From NCBI GenBank assembly GCA_964362665.1, contig CAYIFB010000004.1, forward strand, positions 13,349 to 77,348: a DNA stretch of 64,000 bases, written 5' to 3'. Shown here piece by piece: positions 19,800 to 29,605 of this stretch. A model generated the notes under the pieces. It was not told the DNA's origin. It saw only the letters and a program-made list of their open reading frames with translations, and did no database searches. How positions within the stretch are numbered: position 1 is the stretch's first letter; each line of letters begins with the position of its first letter. The translations under genes and the position numbers were made by a program. This DNA is from an uncultured Gammaproteobacteria bacterium. GTDB lineage: Bacteria > Patescibacteriota > Microgenomatia > 2-02-FULL-39-11.

Positions 19800-21281
19800 A
19801 TGAACAAAACAACAATACCGATAAAAGGCATGCATTGCCGTTCCTGCGAACTTTTGATTGAAGATGAGTTAAAAACAGTTTCCGGAGTAAAAAGGGTAGA
19901 AGTAAGTTGGAAAAAGGCCTGTGCGGATGTTTACTATGAAAAAGAAGTTAACAATGATGATATCCGACAAGTCATAGTGAAAGCAGGTTATAAAATAGGT
20001 ATTGAAGAAAAAAAGCCTTTATTTTCGAAAAATTTAGAGGACTATGTGGAAGTAGCCGTCGCAGGGGTTGCTCTTTTCTTCATGTATATCGCTCTTAATA
20101 TATTTGGCCTAAACCAGTATTTCAATGTTTCAACCGTCAGCCCATCCGGTTTAATTCCCATATTTCTCATTGGACTGACTGCCGGTTTTTCTACCTGCAT
20201 GGCTCTGGTTGGAGGATTAATACTTGGAGTTTCAGCCCGTTTTTCTGAAAAGCATCCCGATGCGAATACCCTCACGAAATTTAAGCCTCATATATATTTC
20301 AATACGGGAAGAATCGTCTCTTATGTTTTTTTGGGCGGTATAATTGGAATCATCGGTTCACTTTTTCAACTGTCCAGCTTTAGCTTGGGGTTGATGACTT
20401 TGGGCGTAGCTCTCGTCATGCTCACCTTGGGAATCCAACTGACGGGACTTTTTCCCAAAATAAGCAGTGCCGGCTTTACCATCCCTACAGGTATCAGCAG
20501 GTTAATCGGAATAAATGATTATCAGAAAAATACTTACAGCCACAGAAATTCTTTTGTACTCGGTGCTTTGACGTTTTTCCTGCCCTGCGGGTTTACCCAA
20601 GCAATGCAGCTTCTGGCGATTTCGAGCGGCAGTTTTTGGAAAGGCGCAACCATTATGGGTGTCTTTGCCCTTGGTACTGCTCCGGGACTTCTGGGAATAG
20701 GCAGTATTACTTCCATTCTAAAAGGATTTTTTGCACAGAAATTCTTCAGGTTTGCCGGTGTCGTAGTAACAGTCTTGGCTTTATATAACATGCAAAATGG
20801 ATTCAATCTTATGGGACTTTCTCCTATATTTTCTTTATCTTCAGGCAATAATGCCTTAGCTGCTTCTAACGTTCCAAATATTGTAGATGGAGTTCAAATA
20901 ATAAAAATGACCCAATCCGGCAACGGTTACAGCCCAAACGAATTTACTGTTGTAAGAGGAACCCCGGTAAAATGGATAATTACTTCAGTGAATTCCAATT
21001 CCTGCGCCAGCAGTATTATTTCCCAGAAATTAAATATCCGAAAAAATCTGGTATCAGGAGAAAATGTGATTGAGTTTACTCCAACAAATACAGGAAGAAT
21101 ACCGTTCTCCTGTAGCATGGGCATGTTTACTGGTGTAATTAATGTTGTTGAGAAAGGTTCTAAAGTATCAACTCTGCCACAGAATAATATTGTACAAGCA
21201 CAAGCAGTCAAAACAGGAGGATCGTGCGGTATGGGCGGAGGCTGCGGCTGTGGCGCAAGAAACCAGGCATTAGCACAGTAA
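19800..21281 (+). CDS. HMA-DsbD_2/TauE-like-cupredoxin multidomain membrane protein
   Basis: GMHCRSC; STCMALVGG and FLPCGFTQ; FSCSMGM; tail GGSCGMGGGCGCG. Confidence 0.88.
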   Translation: MNKTTIPIKGMHCRSCELLIEDELKTVSGVKRVEVSWKKACADVYYEKEVNNDDIRQVIVKAGYKIGIEEKKPLFSKNLEDYVEVAVAGVALFFMYIALNIFGLNQYFNVSTVSPSGLIPIFLIGLTAGFSTCMALVGGLILGVSARFSEKHPDANTLTKFKPHIYFNTGRIVSYVFLGGIIGIIGSLFQLSSFSLGLMTLGVALVMLTLGIQLTGLFPKISSAGFTIPTGISRLIGINDYQKNTYSHRNSFVLGALTFFLPCGFTQAMQLLAISSGSFWKGATIMGVFALGTAPGLLGIGSITSILKGFFAQKFFRFAGVVVTVLALYNMQNGFNLMGLSPIFSLSSGNNALAASNVPNIVDGVQIIKMTQSGNGYSPNEFTVVRGTPVKWIITSVNSNSCASSIISQKLNIRKNLVSGENVIEFTPTNTGRIPFSCSMGMFTGVINVVEKGSKVSTLPQNNIVQAQAVKTGGSCGMGGGCGCGARNQALAQ

Positions 21282-21286
21282 AATCT

Positions 21287-21502
21287 ATGAATAATTATAT
21301 CTTAAATCTAAAAATATCCGGTATAACTTGTGAAGCTTGCATTAAACTGATAAAGAAAAAAGTTGGGAAAATTATCGGTGTTGAAGATGTAGTTATTAAG
21401 GACAATAATGGAGAGACTTTGATTGTAAGCGAAAATCAATTAAAAATTTCTGATATCGAAATAGCTTTAAAAGGTCTGCCTTACATAGTGCAAGAAGCAT
21501 AA
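21287..21502 (+). CDS. HMA-domain copper chaperone (CopZ-like)
   Basis: GITCEAC; start at MNNYIL (21287), just after the upstream stop. Confidence 0.85.
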   Translation: MNNYILNLKISGITCEACIKLIKKKVGKIIGVEDVVIKDNNGETLIVSENQLKISDIEIALKGLPYIVQEA

Positions 21503-21504
21503 AT

Positions 21505-24483
21505 ATGTCAAAGAATATAAATCTGACTATTTCGGGAATGCATTGTGGATCATGTGAAACTCTGATAAAAGATGAACTGTCAGAAATCTCAGGAGTGAAA
21601 GTCGAAAGTATTGATCATAAAAGCGGAAAAGCATTACTATTTCTTGAGAAAGAAAATATCCAGCTTAATGAATTGATAGAAGCGATTAAACGGGCAGGTT
21701 ATCAGGCCAAAATTGATTTGGAGCAAGATGTGCAGGTCGGAAAAACCGGGAATGGAAAATCTGCTCATGAAAACGAAGTTTTATTTCAACATAATATTAC
21801 GAAATCAAATAAACCATTTAAAATTACGGTTGAATCTGAAGTTATCGCAGAAGGAAAGATTTCCAAAGACTCTAAAGGTGAACCATATTTTGACGGTACT
21901 GTAAAAAACAAAAAGAATACTAAAGTATCCGTCCCAGAAGGACAGGTGGGTGTCAATAATTTCCTGCAAGAAATTTTATCCTCAATAGATACAGTAAAAC
22001 TGTTTGGCCGAGTAGAATTTCCCTCAAATCCTAGTGATAATAACGGGATAACTCAAATTACAACTTCCGGGGTTGCCAATAAGGTCGCCGTTTCCGAAGA
22101 AAAGAAAGATACATTAAAAACAAACAGCCAGCAAAGAATAAATTTATCTTTATCAGGCATGCATTGTTCTTCCTGTGCCGCCATTATTGAAAGGTCTCTC
22201 AAAAAGCTGGCAGGTGTATCAAAAGCTAATGTTAATTTCGCTGCAGAAAAAGCTCTCGTTTTTTATGATGAAAATAGCACTAAGGTTGACAATCTTATCT
22301 CTGCCGTTAAAAAAGCAGGTTACCTTGCAACTGTTGTGAAAGAAAATGATACCGAGTTTGAGAGGAATAAAAGAGAAAAAGAAATAAAAAATCTTTTTGA
22401 GGCATTCATGAATAGTCTTCTGCTTTCTTTACCTATGATATATTTCATGTTATTTGATTTTATAGCTTGGATACCCGGAAAAGTATTACTCACTCCCTTT
22501 ATCGGAATATTTTCCCTTTTATTATCGACACCGGTTCAGTTTATTATCGGTTTAAGGTTTTATAAGGGCATGTGGTCGGCTCTTAGAATGAAAACCTTCA
22601 ACATGGACAGTCTGATTGCAATAGGTACATCCACAGCCTATTTCTACTCACTTCTCAATTTCGCATATTATTATATAAGGACGGGATCGCTTATCGGTCT
22701 TACGGGCACAAAGATTCCGGAATTATATTTTGAAACTGCGGCATTTCTAATCACTTTTGTCATCTTGGGCAAATGGCTGGAACTGCGGGCAAAGGGACGA
22801 ACATCTGATGCCATAAAAAAATTGATGGGCCTAGCCGCTAAAACTGCCAGAGTCGTAAGAAATGGAAATACAGAAGATATATCAATTGATGAAGTAAAAG
22901 TCGGTGATATTATTTTGGTTCGTCCGGGAGAGAAAATTCCAATAGACGGAAAAATCACAAAAGGCTCCTCCAGCGTCGATGAATCCATGCTCACTGGAGA
23001 AAGCATTCCTGTTGAAAAACATATCGGAGACATAGTTACCGGTGCAACCATGAATAAGATGGGCAGTTTTGAGTTTACGGCCACACGGGTTGGATCAGAA
23101 ACAACTCTGGCCCAAATTATAAGACTGATTGAAGAAGCTCAAGGGTCTAAAGCTCCTATTCAGGCATTTGCGGATAAAATTTCAGCTTGGTTCGTGCCTC
23201 TGGTAATTACTATTGCCATCCTGACATTCGTATCATGGTATTTCTTTTTGGGAGCATCTCTTGCTTTTTCTTTAATGGCATTCACGTCGGTAATTGTTAT
23301 CGCCTGTCCATGCGCGTTAGGATTGGCCACTCCTACTGCTCTTATGGTTGGTACTGGCAAAGGGGCGGAATACGGTGTACTAATTAAGGGTGGAGAGCCT
23401 TTGGAGTCTGCCTGCAAAATAAATACAGTTATTTTTGATAAGACGGGAACTTTAACAAACGGAAAACCAATAGTAACAGACGTTATGGGTATCGGAAATT
23501 TGAATAATGATTATATTCTCTCTTTGTCTGCAAGTCTGGAAAAATCATCAGAACACCCTTTGGCTGAAGCAATAATAAATTATGCAAAGGAGGAACGAAT
23601 CACAGTTAAAGATGCAAACAATTTCCAGGCTATTGCCGGACATGGTGTAACCGGAGAAATAGACACAGTAAAGTATTATTTCGGTAACAGAAAACTTATT
23701 ACTGATGAGGCGAGATTATCTATTGATAATATTGATCTAAAACTAGAGCGACTTGAAGATCAGGGTAAAACAGCTATGATCCTTTCAAATAATAAAGAAA
23801 TATTAGGTTTGATTGCGGTGGCTGATACTGTAAAAGAAACTTCAAAAGAAGCGGTGGCGAGTCTTAAGAAACGCGGTATTGAAATTTATATGATTACAGG
23901 CGATAACAGAAGGACTGCAGAAGCGATCGCCCGTGAGGTTGGAATTGATCATGTACTTGCTGAGGTATTGCCGGAGGATAAAGCCAGTGAAGTAAAAAAG
24001 ATTCAGGAAAATGGAAAAAAGGTTGCCATGGTTGGCGACGGAATTAATGATGCACCAGCCTTAGCGCAAGCTGATATAGGTATTGCCATGGGTAGTGGAA
24101 CTGACGTAGCTATGGAAGCGGGTGGAATCGTAATCATGAAAAATGACCTAAGAGATGTTGTAACTGCTTTTGATTTATCGAAGGAAACAATGGGCAAGAT
24201 CAAACAAAATATGTTTTTCGCGCTTTTTTATAATGTGATTGGAATCCCGATTGCTGCCAGAGTTTTTATGTCGATAGGTTTAGTGCTTAAACCGGAGCTG
24301 GCAGGACTGGCAATGGCATTCTCTTCCATATCTGTTGTGTCGAATTCCCTTCTACTGAGATATTTCCGTCCCGGAAAAAGGAATTATATTTCTATGATTG
24401 CGCCAATTGCAATGATGCTTTTCTTCACTTTTTTCTTTATAGAATTTGGCAGAATAAGCAGTTCTATGGCTGCAGGAAAATAG
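21505..24483 (+). CDS. copA: Cu(I)-translocating P1B-1 ATPase with two HMA domains
   Basis: GMHCGSC and GMHCSSC, CPC, DKTGT, SEHPLA, GDGIND, YN, MAFSS. Confidence 0.95.
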   Translation: MSKNINLTISGMHCGSCETLIKDELSEISGVKVESIDHKSGKALLFLEKENIQLNELIEAIKRAGYQAKIDLEQDVQVGKTGNGKSAHENEVLFQHNITKSNKPFKITVESEVIAEGKISKDSKGEPYFDGTVKNKKNTKVSVPEGQVGVNNFLQEILSSIDTVKLFGRVEFPSNPSDNNGITQITTSGVANKVAVSEEKKDTLKTNSQQRINLSLSGMHCSSCAAIIERSLKKLAGVSKANVNFAAEKALVFYDENSTKVDNLISAVKKAGYLATVVKENDTEFERNKREKEIKNLFEAFMNSLLLSLPMIYFMLFDFIAWIPGKVLLTPFIGIFSLLLSTPVQFIIGLRFYKGMWSALRMKTFNMDSLIAIGTSTAYFYSLLNFAYYYIRTGSLIGLTGTKIPELYFETAAFLITFVILGKWLELRAKGRTSDAIKKLMGLAAKTARVVRNGNTEDISIDEVKVGDIILVRPGEKIPIDGKITKGSSSVDESMLTGESIPVEKHIGDIVTGATMNKMGSFEFTATRVGSETTLAQIIRLIEEAQGSKAPIQAFADKISAWFVPLVITIAILTFVSWYFFLGASLAFSLMAFTSVIVIACPCALGLATPTALMVGTGKGAEYGVLIKGGEPLESACKINTVIFDKTGTLTNGKPIVTDVMGIGNLNNDYILSLSASLEKSSEHPLAEAIINYAKEERITVKDANNFQAIAGHGVTGEIDTVKYYFGNRKLITDEARLSIDNIDLKLERLEDQGKTAMILSNNKEILGLIAVADTVKETSKEAVASLKKRGIEIYMITGDNRRTAEAIAREVGIDHVLAEVLPEDKASEVKKIQENGKKVAMVGDGINDAPALAQADIGIAMGSGTDVAMEAGGIVIMKNDLRDVVTAFDLSKETMGKIKQNMFFALFYNVIGIPIAARVFMSIGLVLKPELAGLAMAFSSISVVSNSLLLRYFRPGKRNYISMIAPIAMMLFFTFFFIEFGRISSSMAAGK

Positions 24484-24490
24484 TTCGCTT

Positions 24491-24525
24491 TCTTCATAAT
24501 ATCTTAATAATCCTCTAGGTATAAT
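24491..24525 (+). promoter_or_regulatory. Direct-repeat box (TTCAT/TTAAT) plus -10 TATAAT
   Basis: TTCAT at 24493, TTAAT at 24504; TATAAT at 24520-24525, followed by cccctta exactly as at 12485. Confidence 0.7.
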
Positions 24526-24549
24526 CCCCTTATTAGGAGGTAAAACAAT

Positions 24550-25086
24550 ATGAAGTTGTCTCGTTTTAGTAATATGGGTACCGATAAACTGATTTTTGCC
24601 TTGATTGGTGGATTTACGGTAATAATCCTTATTTTAATTGTCATTTTTTCCATCAATGAAGGAAAGCAAAGTCAGACCGCCGCGGATATTACCACATTTT
24701 CCGTAAAAGATAAAGACAAGCCGGAGGCTAGTGTCTCCTCCGTATTTTCAGACCTTGGCAAGATGAAAGTCAAAGATGAGAAATCTGCTGAGTTTACTAT
24801 TGAAAATAAAGGCACTAAAACTCTTTCTCTGTTTAAAGTCAAATCATCTTGCGATTGCACCTTTGGACAAATAACTATCAATGGCAACAAAAGCCCCGAA
24901 TTTGGTATGCATTCTCAAAATAGCTGGACAGGAAGCCTTGCTCCAGGTAAAAAAGCCATGCTAAATGTTACCTATAAACCATATATAATGCCGGTTAAAG
25001 GTATTATAACCCGTGATGTTTATATGCAGACAAATGACCCGCAAAAACCTCAACTTACTTTTACTGTAAAAGCGTTTGTTGAATAA
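24550..25086 (+). CDS. DUF1573-like Ig-fold membrane-anchored protein
   Basis: DLGKM, F.I.N.G, SSCDCT, LAPG, TNDP; also FGMH. Confidence 0.8.
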   Translation: MKLSRFSNMGTDKLIFALIGGFTVIILILIVIFSINEGKQSQTAADITTFSVKDKDKPEASVSSVFSDLGKMKVKDEKSAEFTIENKGTKTLSLFKVKSSCDCTFGQITINGNKSPEFGMHSQNSWTGSLAPGKKAMLNVTYKPYIMPVKGIITRDVYMQTNDPQKPQLTFTVKAFVE

Positions 25087-25089
25087 AGT

Positions 25090-25920
25090 ATGAATTCAAA
25101 TCTTTTTTTCGGTGTATCCTTGACAGCTTCTTTTTTGGGAGGTATGGTTGCCCTTTTTGCCCCCTGTTGTATAACTTTTCTTTTTCCGTCATATCTCGGA
25201 ACAATTTTTAAAGAACGAAAAAGGATAGTTTTTCTTACACTTATCTTTGCCCTTGGTTTGGGATCAATTCTCGTTCCTGTTGCATTGGGAATGAAAATAA
25301 TAGTATCTTTCTTTGACCAATTTCATACTACCACCTATCTTTTCGGATCACTTCTTATGTTTATTCTCGGCCTGATGACTCTTTTTGACGCCAAATTGAT
25401 GCTGCCTCTCCCCCATTTCACCATGCCAAATAAAACAACAGTTGGTTCAACCTATCTTCTGGGACTATTTTCAGGCATTACTTCTTCCTGTTGTGCGCCG
25501 GTACTTTTTGGTGCGATTACTCTTTCGTCACTATCTCCCACTATCATTACTTCACTTATCGTTTCTCTGGTATACGTTCTTGGTATAGTATTTCCATTGT
25601 TCTTTCTCTCTTTGTTTTATGAAAAAATTACAAATCAATATCTTTATAACTTCAAACAGCGAGTAGAAAAACCGCTAAAAATACTTGCCTCTTTCACTTT
25701 CATGATTTCATCAATCATTATTGCTTATATGGCTTTAACTGATAGAATTAAAATGGATTCGAATATGGAATACGGCCGGGGTCTGAGGAATTTTATTTTT
25801 GATATTTCAGGAAAATTACAGAATCCTATTTTGGATATTTTGGTACTTGTCGGAATTATTCTTTTATTTAAAATTATCTTAAAGGAGGCACATAATGAAA
25901 ACAAAAAAGTTTCTAAATAA
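25090..25920 (+). CDS. ccdA: CcdA/DsbD-type transmembrane thiol-disulfide transporter
   Basis: FAPCC...PSY and SSCCAPV in TM segments. Confidence 0.8.
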   Translation: MNSNLFFGVSLTASFLGGMVALFAPCCITFLFPSYLGTIFKERKRIVFLTLIFALGLGSILVPVALGMKIIVSFFDQFHTTTYLFGSLLMFILGLMTLFDAKLMLPLPHFTMPNKTTVGSTYLLGLFSGITSSCCAPVLFGAITLSSLSPTIITSLIVSLVYVLGIVFPLFFLSLFYEKITNQYLYNFKQRVEKPLKILASFTFMISSIIIAYMALTDRIKMDSNMEYGRGLRNFIFDISGKLQNPILDILVLVGIILLFKIILKEAHNENKKVSK

Positions 25921-26857
25921 TATCAAATCCAGGAAAGGCTATTTTTTAGGTCTGGCAACAGGTTTACTTATTACTATTCTAGTTCTGAAACTTGTTCCAC
26001 TTTTATTAGTTAAATCACAAACCATATCTTACACACTACCGTTTTTGAAAAAACAGCCAACACTTACTCCTGACCCGGTGAAACAACAGGAAGAAATCAC
26101 TAAATCCGTATTTCCGGATAAAGTAAATCTGCAGGTCTCGTATGGGGATGTTATCGTAAAAATGGTTCAATACGGCGCGATTGATAAAGAAAAGTTTTTC
26201 AAGTTATATGAGGGACGGGGAGGATTGACTGAGGATGAGAAAAAGTTATTTGAAAGTTCCTCTGACGAACCTATAATTGTGAACCAGCAAAATGCCAACC
26301 TGATATTAAATCTTTTGTGGCCGCTTGGTATTGCTAATCAAACAAACGTGCTGGCCGAGGGCCCGATGGGAACACAATATAAAAAAGAAGTTGGTAATTT
26401 TGCTTCCACCGGAGGATGGACACTTGGCAAAGAACCAGGAGGAAGTCTTTTTAATAAATACCCTATTCTGCCATTATCCTCCGATGAGGAAAAAATCGTG
26501 ACTGAAATTGCTCAGAATATCTATCGGCCATGCTGTGGTAATAGCACTTATTTCCCGGACTGTAATCATGGAGCAGCTATGCTGGGATTTATAGAAATAG
26601 CCGTCAAACAAGAAATGTCAAAGGAAGATATTTATAAAAAAGCCTTAGCATTAAATTCTTATTGGTTCCCACAAACATATGCCGAGTTGGGAATATATTT
26701 CAAACAAAAGAAAAATATTTCATGGGATAAAGTAGATGCCAAACTTGTGTTAGGAATTGACTACTCAAGCGGACAGGGATATAGAGTAATCAATAAAGAG
26801 TTACAGACTGAAGGTCTTCTTCCTAAAGTTGAGGGCGGTGGCGGATGCGGAGTGTAG
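25895..26857 (+). CDS. Membrane-anchored Cys/His-motif protein of unknown function
   Basis: N-terminal TM; RPCCGN...PDCNHG; C-terminal GGGGCGV. Confidence 0.75.
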   Translation: MKTKKFLNNIKSRKGYFLGLATGLLITILVLKLVPLLLVKSQTISYTLPFLKKQPTLTPDPVKQQEEITKSVFPDKVNLQVSYGDVIVKMVQYGAIDKEKFFKLYEGRGGLTEDEKKLFESSSDEPIIVNQQNANLILNLLWPLGIANQTNVLAEGPMGTQYKKEVGNFASTGGWTLGKEPGGSLFNKYPILPLSSDEEKIVTEIAQNIYRPCCGNSTYFPDCNHGAAMLGFIEIAVKQEMSKEDIYKKALALNSYWFPQTYAELGIYFKQKKNISWDKVDAKLVLGIDYSSGQGYRVINKELQTEGLLPKVEGGGGCGV

Positions 26858-26864
26858 AAAATAT

Positions 26865-26893
26865 TTGCCATTTAGACAGTAATTGTCTATAAT
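26865..26893 (+). promoter_or_regulatory. Promoter with an internal palindromic operator
   Basis: TTGCCA-N17-TATAAT; TAGACA-gtaat-TGTCTA at 26873-26889. Confidence 0.65.
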
Positions 26894-26929
26894 TTTTAGG
26901 GTTAATAAAATTTTAGGAGGTTAATAAAT

Positions 26930-27421
26930 ATGGCAGATACACAGGCGAGTCCCGAAAACAAAGGTGTTAATCCTTTAATTTGGGTAGTAGTTATTGTCTT
27001 GGTGGTTGTTGGAGGCGGTTATTATTTTATGAGCGCAAATAAAAAGACATCTGAACCCGCGACAAAGGAAGTCAATACAGCGCCTTCAATCCAAAAAGAT
27101 TCCAATTCTCCAGTTACAAGCGGATCAGCTTCCAAGGTAACTGAAAATATAAAAACGATAGAGATAGAGGGAGGATCTTTCTATTTCAAACCGGATAAAA
27201 TCACAGTCAAAGTTGGTGACCGTATTAAAATCTTACTCAAATCTGTGGATAAAATTCATAACTTATATATTGACGAATTTAATGTCAAAAGTTCTGATGC
27301 TAAAAGCGGTGAAGCTACTACAGTAGAATTTACCGCCGGGGAAAAAGGTTCATACGAGTTTTATTGTGCCATCGGACAGCATCGGGCAATGGGAATGAAA
27401 GGCACCCTGATTGTAGAGTAA
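26930..27421 (+). CDS. Membrane-anchored cupredoxin (type-1 Cu site)
   Basis: HN...YC...H...GM ligand set; TM anchor and linker. Confidence 0.88.
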   Translation: MADTQASPENKGVNPLIWVVVIVLVVVGGGYYFMSANKKTSEPATKEVNTAPSIQKDSNSPVTSGSASKVTENIKTIEIEGGSFYFKPDKITVKVGDRIKILLKSVDKIHNLYIDEFNVKSSDAKSGEATTVEFTAGEKGSYEFYCAIGQHRAMGMKGTLIVE

Positions 27422-27440
27422 ATAATTCTTTATATTTTTT

Positions 27441-27472
27441 AAAATGCTCCCCTCATCCGGGAGCATTTTTTT
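27441..27472. terminator. Bidirectional intrinsic terminator
   Basis: aaaatgctccc-ctcatcc-gggagcatttt-ttt between convergent genes. Confidence 0.85.
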
Positions 27473-27474
27473 AC

Positions 27475-28443
27475 CTAAATAAATTCAATAATTAAAAACA
27501 TCAGATAGGCTACGATAAGCAGAATTCCTTCCCATCTTTCAAGACTGTGTTTGGTGCGAATGAATATAAAAAACATCACAAAAGTCACGATAAAAGTAAA
27601 TATCGCTATGTAATATTCAGATATAATCTGTACGGTAATAGGACTTATAAGCGCGGTTAAACCGATGATAAACGTCCCGTTTGCTACAAGTGAACCGAGC
27701 AAATTCCCCAAAAACATTTCCGATTCTTTTTTCTTTATCGCTTCAATTTCAAAAGCCAGTTCAGGAAGAGAAGTTCCCACTGCAACAATAAATAATCCGA
27801 CTAAAATTATAGGTATACCCATCCCCTTCGCAAACGAACTGCTAAGTCTGACAATCATATCAGAGCTAAATAGTATGGCTGAAATTCCCAAAAAGGTATA
27901 CATAAAATCTTTGGCTACGTGGTTGTGATGAATTCTCCGTAGAAGTCCGACAATAATCCCGTCTTCATTTTCAAAATATTTCCGTCTCCGGTTTAATATC
28001 AGATAATTATAAAATCCATACATTGAGATAAGTATTAGTCCGTCAACTCTGGACAAGGTTTTATCAAGAAGAAGAAGAAAAGGTATTATTCCGGCAATGA
28101 ACGCATGCAATAGATCTTTTGCCTCAATATCATGGTTTTTTACTTTTAAAGATCCGCCAATAACTGCCGCTAAACCGACTATCAGCGATATATCAGCGAT
28201 GTTTGACCCTATCACATTCCCTAAAGAAAGAATCGGCTGATTTTCCAATGCTGAAGATATTCCCACAAATAGTTCCGGCAGTGATGTAGCCATTCCGATA
28301 ATTATTGCTGTCAGATAAAAACTGCCCAATTTTGTTTTGCGGGCAATTAACTTAAGATGAACAACAATAATGTCTGTTGCCTTAATTAGAATAATGGAAA
28401 ATAAGATGATGCCCAGAAACTGAAGTATCGGCAGGATAAACAT
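27475..28443 (-). CDS. Ca2+/Na+ antiporter (CaCA/YrbG)
   Basis: Two alpha repeats: TSLPEL...GNVIGSN and GTSLPEL...GNLLGS. Confidence 0.92.
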   Translation of the reverse strand: MFILPILQFLGIILFSIILIKATDIIVVHLKLIARKTKLGSFYLTAIIIGMATSLPELFVGISSALENQPILSLGNVIGSNIADISLIVGLAAVIGGSLKVKNHDIEAKDLLHAFIAGIIPFLLLLDKTLSRVDGLILISMYGFYNYLILNRRRKYFENEDGIIVGLLRRIHHNHVAKDFMYTFLGISAILFSSDMIVRLSSSFAKGMGIPIILVGLFIVAVGTSLPELAFEIEAIKKKESEMFLGNLLGSLVANGTFIIGLTALISPITVQIISEYYIAIFTFIVTFVMFFIFIRTKHSLERWEGILLIVAYLMFLIIEFI

Positions 28444-28476
28444 AGATTATATTATATCAATAGATTTAACATTTAT

Positions 28477-28803
28477 TTAATATTTATTAATGAAGAAACT
28501 TAGATTTATTTTATCTCCGGGCTGAATACTTTTCATCATAACCGAACCTGAAGGCATTTCCATAACTTTTCTATAAACCGGATTCCAGAAAAAAAATCTG
28601 TTCGGAGATAGACCTTTTTTTATTTTACGGACAGTATTTTTTTCATCCAAAATCAGGACGTCTATCTTATGTCTCATGCCGAAAGTATGTATACCAAATC
28701 TGGTTTCTAGATAAAGAAAAGTCTTGTCATCTTTTCCAATTAATCCAACACACTTTTCCGAAAATTTATCAGCTTTAACTGCTTTTAACCTGATGGTTTT
28801 CAT
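28477..28803 (-). CDS. DUF192 family protein
   Basis: GIHTFGM...IDVL.LD, VMEMP.G. Confidence 0.8.
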   Translation of the reverse strand: MKTIRLKAVKADKFSEKCVGLIGKDDKTFLYLETRFGIHTFGMRHKIDVLILDEKNTVRKIKKGLSPNRFFFWNPVYRKVMEMPSGSVMMKSIQPGDKINLSFFINKY

Positions 28804-28837
28804 GTGATTTTACTTCTCATTCTGTTAAAATAATATC

Positions 28838-29605
28838 ATGATTTCAAGAAAATTAATTTTCAGAGATCCCAGATTTCAGGTAAGTATCGTGCTGCTTCTG
28901 ATTTGGTTTTTAAATCTATTCTTCGCTGCGAATATTAACGTTTTAATTTATCCTTTACTTGGAGTTCTTCTTTTTTCACTTTTCGATCTGATCTACACCT
29001 ATTTCAAATCAAAAAGATTTTATCTTCCTTTTTCGGCAATTGTCTCCGGACTAATAATGGGGCTCATTCTTGATTATACTCAAGGTTTATTTCCACTATT
29101 AATCGCTGTTTTGGCGGCGTTTATCTCAAAACATTTTATTAAGATAAAACAGAATCACATTTTCAATCCCGCGGCTTTTGGTGTGTTTGTATCATCTCTA
29201 ATTACTCACTCGTCCATCTCCTGGTGGTCAGTTGTAACTGTAAAAATTTTTCTTTTACCTCTTTTATTTCTCTTGCCTATATTACATAGACTGCGAAGAC
29301 TTCATATTCCGCTTATCTTTCTGGGAGGGATGTTTATTTATCTAATTCTTACAACAGGCTTTCCATCAACGCTTACTTTGATATCCGACGGGTCTCTCCT
29401 TTTTTTCGCCTTAATAATGCTGACTGAACCCATGACAACGAAGATATTCAACTTCTGGAAATATGGTTCGCCTCTGATTTACCTAGCGATTTATATAATT
29501 TTTATCACATTAAGAGTATTTGGTCCGGATTTATTTCTTACCTCTCTACTTCTGGTAAATTTTTTAAGTTGCATTCCTAATCTATCCCCCCAACAAAGCA
29601 GATAA
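28838..29605 (+). CDS. Stand-alone RnfD/NqrB-like membrane protein
   Basis: SKH......HIFNPAAFG and FFALIMLTEP.T; no other rnf/nqr genes in the window. Confidence 0.65.
   Translation: MISRKLIFRDPRFQVSIVLLLIWFLNLFFAANINVLIYPLLGVLLFSLFDLIYTYFKSKRFYLPFSAIVSGLIMGLILDYTQGLFPLLIAVLAAFISKHFIKIKQNHIFNPAAFGVFVSSLITHSSISWWSVVTVKIFLLPLLFLLPILHRLRRLHIPLIFLGGMFIYLILTTGFPSTLTLISDGSLLFFALIMLTEPMTTKIFNFWKYGSPLIYLAIYIIFITLRVFGPDLFLTSLLLVNFLSCIPNLSPQQSR

Noticed and set aside
21224-21286. N-terminal extension of the HMA chaperone
   Set aside because: It overlaps the Cys/Gly tail of the upstream gene; ATG 21287 fits the domain start.
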